Part shown: positions 16,031 through 17,921 of the stretch, in pieces
How positions within the stretch are numbered: position 1 is the stretch's first letter
Layout: every line of letters begins with the position of its first letter
NCBI GenBank assembly: GCA_030619825.1
Contig: JAUXAS010000009.1
Location: forward strand, 1-17,921
Length of the DNA: 17,921 bases
Direction: 5' to 3'
Source: Hadesarchaea archaeon
Lineage (GTDB): Archaea; Hadarchaeota; Hadarchaeia; Hadarchaeales; Hadarchaeaceae
Position numbers and translations under genes: made by a program
Notes under the pieces: generated by a model
The model's database searches: none
What the model was told of the DNA's origin: nothing
What the model saw: only the letters and a program-made list of their open reading frames with translations

Positions 16031-16056
16031 TTTTTATAGTTCCTATATAGAAACTA
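16031..16056 (+). promoter_or_regulatory. TATA box plus 20-bp palindromic operator TAGTTCCTATATAGAAACTA
   Basis: 18/20 dyad symmetry at 16037-16056, directly downstream of TTTTTATA and 14 bp before ATG 16071. Confidence 0.7.
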
Positions 16057-16070
16057 ATAATAGTGATGAC

Positions 16071-16478
16071 ATGCCTAGAGGCCCAAGGAAGATTTTGCTC
16101 GTAGTATTTGACGCTCAGCCCATCCGTGTGCTCGAAACCCTAGCCAAATCCTCGAAGTCCTTCACGGAGGTGCTCAAGGAAGCGGCGTTGCCAAAAGCCA
16201 CCTTACACCGAACCCTAGTGGGGCTCGCAAGGTACAAATTTGTGAAAAAGGTGGACAACTGGTATGCGATAACTTCAGATGGGGAGCTACTGCTAAAATC
16301 CTTCAGGCGCCTGCAGGCGAGAAGCATGCTCAAAATAACCGATGATGGCTTGCGGCGAGTTCTTGAGCAGGTCGAGCGAACCCTGCGGATGGAACGATCA
16401 GGGTTCAGCAGAGTCGAGCAGTTCGAGAGTGTTCAGGAGGCGGTCGAGAGTGTCGAGGTTATTAGCGTGTCTGCGTAA
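16071..16478 (+). CDS. wHTH protein, probable antitoxin/autoregulator
   Basis: KSFTEVLKEAALPKATLHRTLVGL..FVKK...YAITSDG. Confidence 0.8.
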   Translation: MPRGPRKILLVVFDAQPIRVLETLAKSSKSFTEVLKEAALPKATLHRTLVGLARYKFVKKVDNWYAITSDGELLLKSFRRLQARSMLKITDDGLRRVLEQVERTLRMERSGFSRVEQFESVQEAVESVEVISVSA

Positions 16479-17022
16479 ACTGGTGGAGGTTTTCGAGGAG
16501 TGCGAGGTCCCGTACGCGGTTCTAGGCGGGCTGGCGATCCCGGCGTACGGAGTCCCCCGCAGCACGGTCGACGTGGACATCGGGCTCGCGGTCGGCGAGG
16601 AGGGGGAAACCCAAGAGTTCATACAGAAATTGGGGGCCCGGAAGGTGGTCGCGTTCGAGAAGCCGAAACCCGAGTACACCATGGTCTACATGTCGGACCG
16701 CGAGAACTTGGTCGACGTGGAGCTGTGGTTCAAGCCCGATGGCATCACCTGGGATGAGGAGACCCTGCGAAGGCGGTGGAAGGTGGCGTTCAAAGTTGCA
16801 AAGAAGGGATTCGAGGCCTACATTTTGTCGCCGGAGGATTTCATCGTAAACAAGCTTGCCCGCAAGGACCGAAGCGCCCGGGACGAGGAGGATGTAGTGG
16901 GGGTGATGGCGAGCTCGAAGGGTAAAATTGACTGGAGGTACCTCGCTAGGCGGGCGAAGGGGGCGGGGGTGGAGGACCTCGTGCTGGAGCTCAGGGAGAA
17001 AGTTTCCTCGATCAAGCGGTGA
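16450..17022 (+). CDS. Pol-beta-superfamily nucleotidyltransferase (DUF6036/AbiEii/MenT-like), probable toxin
   Basis: YAVLGGLA..YGVPRSTVDVD and SPEDFIVNKL...RDEED motifs. GTG 16450 follows AGGAGG at 16435-16440. Confidence 0.82.
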   Translation: MSRLLACLRKLVEVFEECEVPYAVLGGLAIPAYGVPRSTVDVDIGLAVGEEGETQEFIQKLGARKVVAFEKPKPEYTMVYMSDRENLVDVELWFKPDGITWDEETLRRRWKVAFKVAKKGFEAYILSPEDFIVNKLARKDRSARDEEDVVGVMASSKGKIDWRYLARRAKGAGVEDLVLELREKVSSIKR

Positions 17023-17047
17023 GCCGTGATTTAGGTAAAAAAAGCCA

Positions 17048-17135
17048 TTAATCACCGCAAGGTCAATCAAACATCGGGTGCCCATGGACCTCGAGCGCAA
17101 GCTCTCCCGGATCCCCAGCTACTCGCGCGAGCTGG
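17048..17135 (+). repeat. 88-bp direct repeat, copy 1 (promoter/RBS plus 5' end of a gene)
   Basis: Matches 17835-17921 with 5 differences (4 substitutions, 1 indel). Confidence 0.95.
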
Positions 17136-17206
17136 GCCTGGACCTGCGAAAGCCCCGGGATCGGTTCAAGTGGTTCCTGGCATCGATGCTTTTCGCCAAA
17201 CGCTAA
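17084..17206 (+). pseudogene. Truncated 40-codon 5' fragment of an HhH-GPD-like uncharacterised protein
   Basis: MDLERKLSRIPSYSRELGLDLRKPRDRFKWFLASMLFAKR*. Resembles the N-terminus of the YSxELGIDL..FKWFLASxLFGxRI family (recalled). Stops 9 bp before the tRNA-like repeat. Confidence 0.7.
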
Positions 17207-17215
17207 TCCAGCTCC

Positions 17216-17247
17216 CTGCGCGGGTTCGAATCCCACCAGCCGCACTA
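17216..17247 (+). repeat. att-like copy of the tRNA-Gly 3' end
   Basis: CTGCGCGGGTTCGAATCCCACCAGCCGCACTA vs 11337-11368: 29/32, all three changes are transitions. Confidence 0.92.
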
Positions 17248-17493
17248 TCAACGATGAACCCGCCGCCGCTTTTCAACGAGTCTCAAAAATTCTTCTCTGG
17301 TGAGTTTGGCGTCCCTTATTATCTTCCTCAACAGACCGCGCCCGATATCTTCCCCCTTGTGAACGGGAACTACGGTTGCCCTTCCATCGGAATGTTTGAG
17401 GAAAACATGGCTTCCTCTTTGCCTTGCCATTTCAAATCCTAACTTTTCTAGGGCCTTGATGACTCTCTCAGGAGAAACGGGCTTTAACTTCAT
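17248..17493 (-). CDS. hicA: HicA mRNA interferase toxin
   Basis: VIKALEKLGF..RQRGSHVFLKH..GRATVVPVH...GLLRKII. Confidence 0.95.
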   Translation of the reverse strand: MKLKPVSPERVIKALEKLGFEMARQRGSHVFLKHSDGRATVVPVHKGEDIGRGLLRKIIRDAKLTREEFLRLVEKRRRVHR

Positions 17494-17724
17494 TCAAACG
17501 GATACCTCTACCACTTGCATACCGATAAATTCCGTAGTGACATCAGCGGCCCCTTTTTCGACCTCTAGATAAAGTTTGATCGCTTCTTCAATACGTCTTC
17601 TCAGTTCATCCAAGGTTTTCGCTTGCGTGTGGCATCCGGGTAACTCTGGCACGGAAGCCACATAGTAGCCGTCCTCATCCCTCTCCACGACAACGTTGAA
17701 TTTTTTCATCATCTTTTTTACCAT
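17494..17724 (-). CDS. hicB: HicB antitoxin (short form, no DNA-binding domain)
   Basis: VVERDEDGYYVASVPELPGCHTQAKTLDEL..IEEAIKLYLE. TATA on the minus strand at 17744-17752. Confidence 0.95.
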   Translation of the reverse strand: MVKKMMKKFNVVVERDEDGYYVASVPELPGCHTQAKTLDELRRRIEEAIKLYLEVEKGAADVTTEFIGMQVVEVSV

Positions 17725-17788
17725 ACTAATTTTACATTGTTCCTATTAAAAATCCATCGAATTCATGTAAGTTAAGCTCAAAATTAGT

Positions 17789-17811
17789 GTTCGAATCCTG
17801 CCGGCCGCACC
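17789..17811 (+). repeat. att-like copy of the tRNA-Gly 3' end
   Basis: GTTCGAATCCTGCCGGCCGCACC vs 11345-11367: 22/23. Confidence 0.92.
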
Positions 17812-17834
17812 CTTTGCCGCTTCCAACGTTGCTC

Positions 17835-17921
17835 TTAATCACCGCGACGTCAATCAAACATTGGTGCCCATGGAGCTCGAGCGCAAGCTCTCCCGGATCC
17901 CCAGCTACTCGCGCGAGCTGG
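17835..17921 (+). repeat. Direct repeat, copy 2 (runs off the window)
   Basis: Matches 17048-17135. Confidence 0.95.
17870..17921 (+). CDS. 5' end of the second (possibly intact) copy of the HhH-GPD-like gene
   Basis: MELERKLSRIPSYSREL..., GGTG RBS; truncated by the window edge. Confidence 0.6.
   Translation, partial: MELERKLSRIPSYSREL

Larger units (their letters stand above)
11369..17811. mobile_element. tRNA-Gly-anchored accessory island with several att-like tRNA 3' copies and four TA modules; no integrase in window
   Basis: Direct repeats of the tRNA-Gly 3' end at 17216-17247 and 17789-17811, weaker ones at 12861 and 15164, and TA-rich cargo. Confidence 0.7.

Noticed and set aside
17202..17219. 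Possible extension of the repeat matching the spliced (intron-less) anticodon arm, which would imply an RNA-derived copy
   Set aside because: Only 11/18 identity, and several of the matches belong to the already counted repeat.
11369..17921. Integrase, transposase or provirus genes
   Set aside because: No ORF with tyrosine/serine recombinase, DDE or viral hallmark motifs in the window.

Overview
Archaeal chromosomal window. Evidence: BRE/TATA promoters, GGTGA/GGAGG ribosome-binding sites, two tRNAs with 37/38 introns, archaeal-type TpiA and NucS with a PIP-like tail. A Hadarchaeota/MSBL1-like euryarchaeal lineage is my inference only. Left part (1-5178): a cell-surface locus. It holds a >830-aa repeat-rich secreted protein that the ORF track missed (minus strand, running off the left edge), a wHTH regulator, a Ser-His signal peptidase, a Zn-ribbon/TM/exodomain protein and an orphan AbiEi-like regulator; a 23-bp palindrome-containing element occurs twice. 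Middle (5190-11368): tpiA, an MFS transporter, tRNA-Met(CAT) with a 45-nt intron that fits a kink-turn, a five-gene CBS-domain operon and tRNA-Gly(CCC) with a 15-nt intron. Right part (11369-17921): an accessory island downstream of tRNA-Gly with a transglutaminase, a DUF350-like protein, a hypothetical protein, nucS and four toxin-antitoxin pairs (MNT-HEPN, AbrB-VapC, HTH-nucleotidyltransferase, HicBA). Several module junctions carry variably decayed copies of the tRNA-Gly 3' end, plus duplicated stubs of neighbouring promoters/genes. This looks like a tRNA-anchored cassette array with no integrase in the window. A second strong signal: Asn in the secreted proteins is very often preceded by Asp/Glu, unlike two cytosolic controls, which hints at a non-canonical modification motif.
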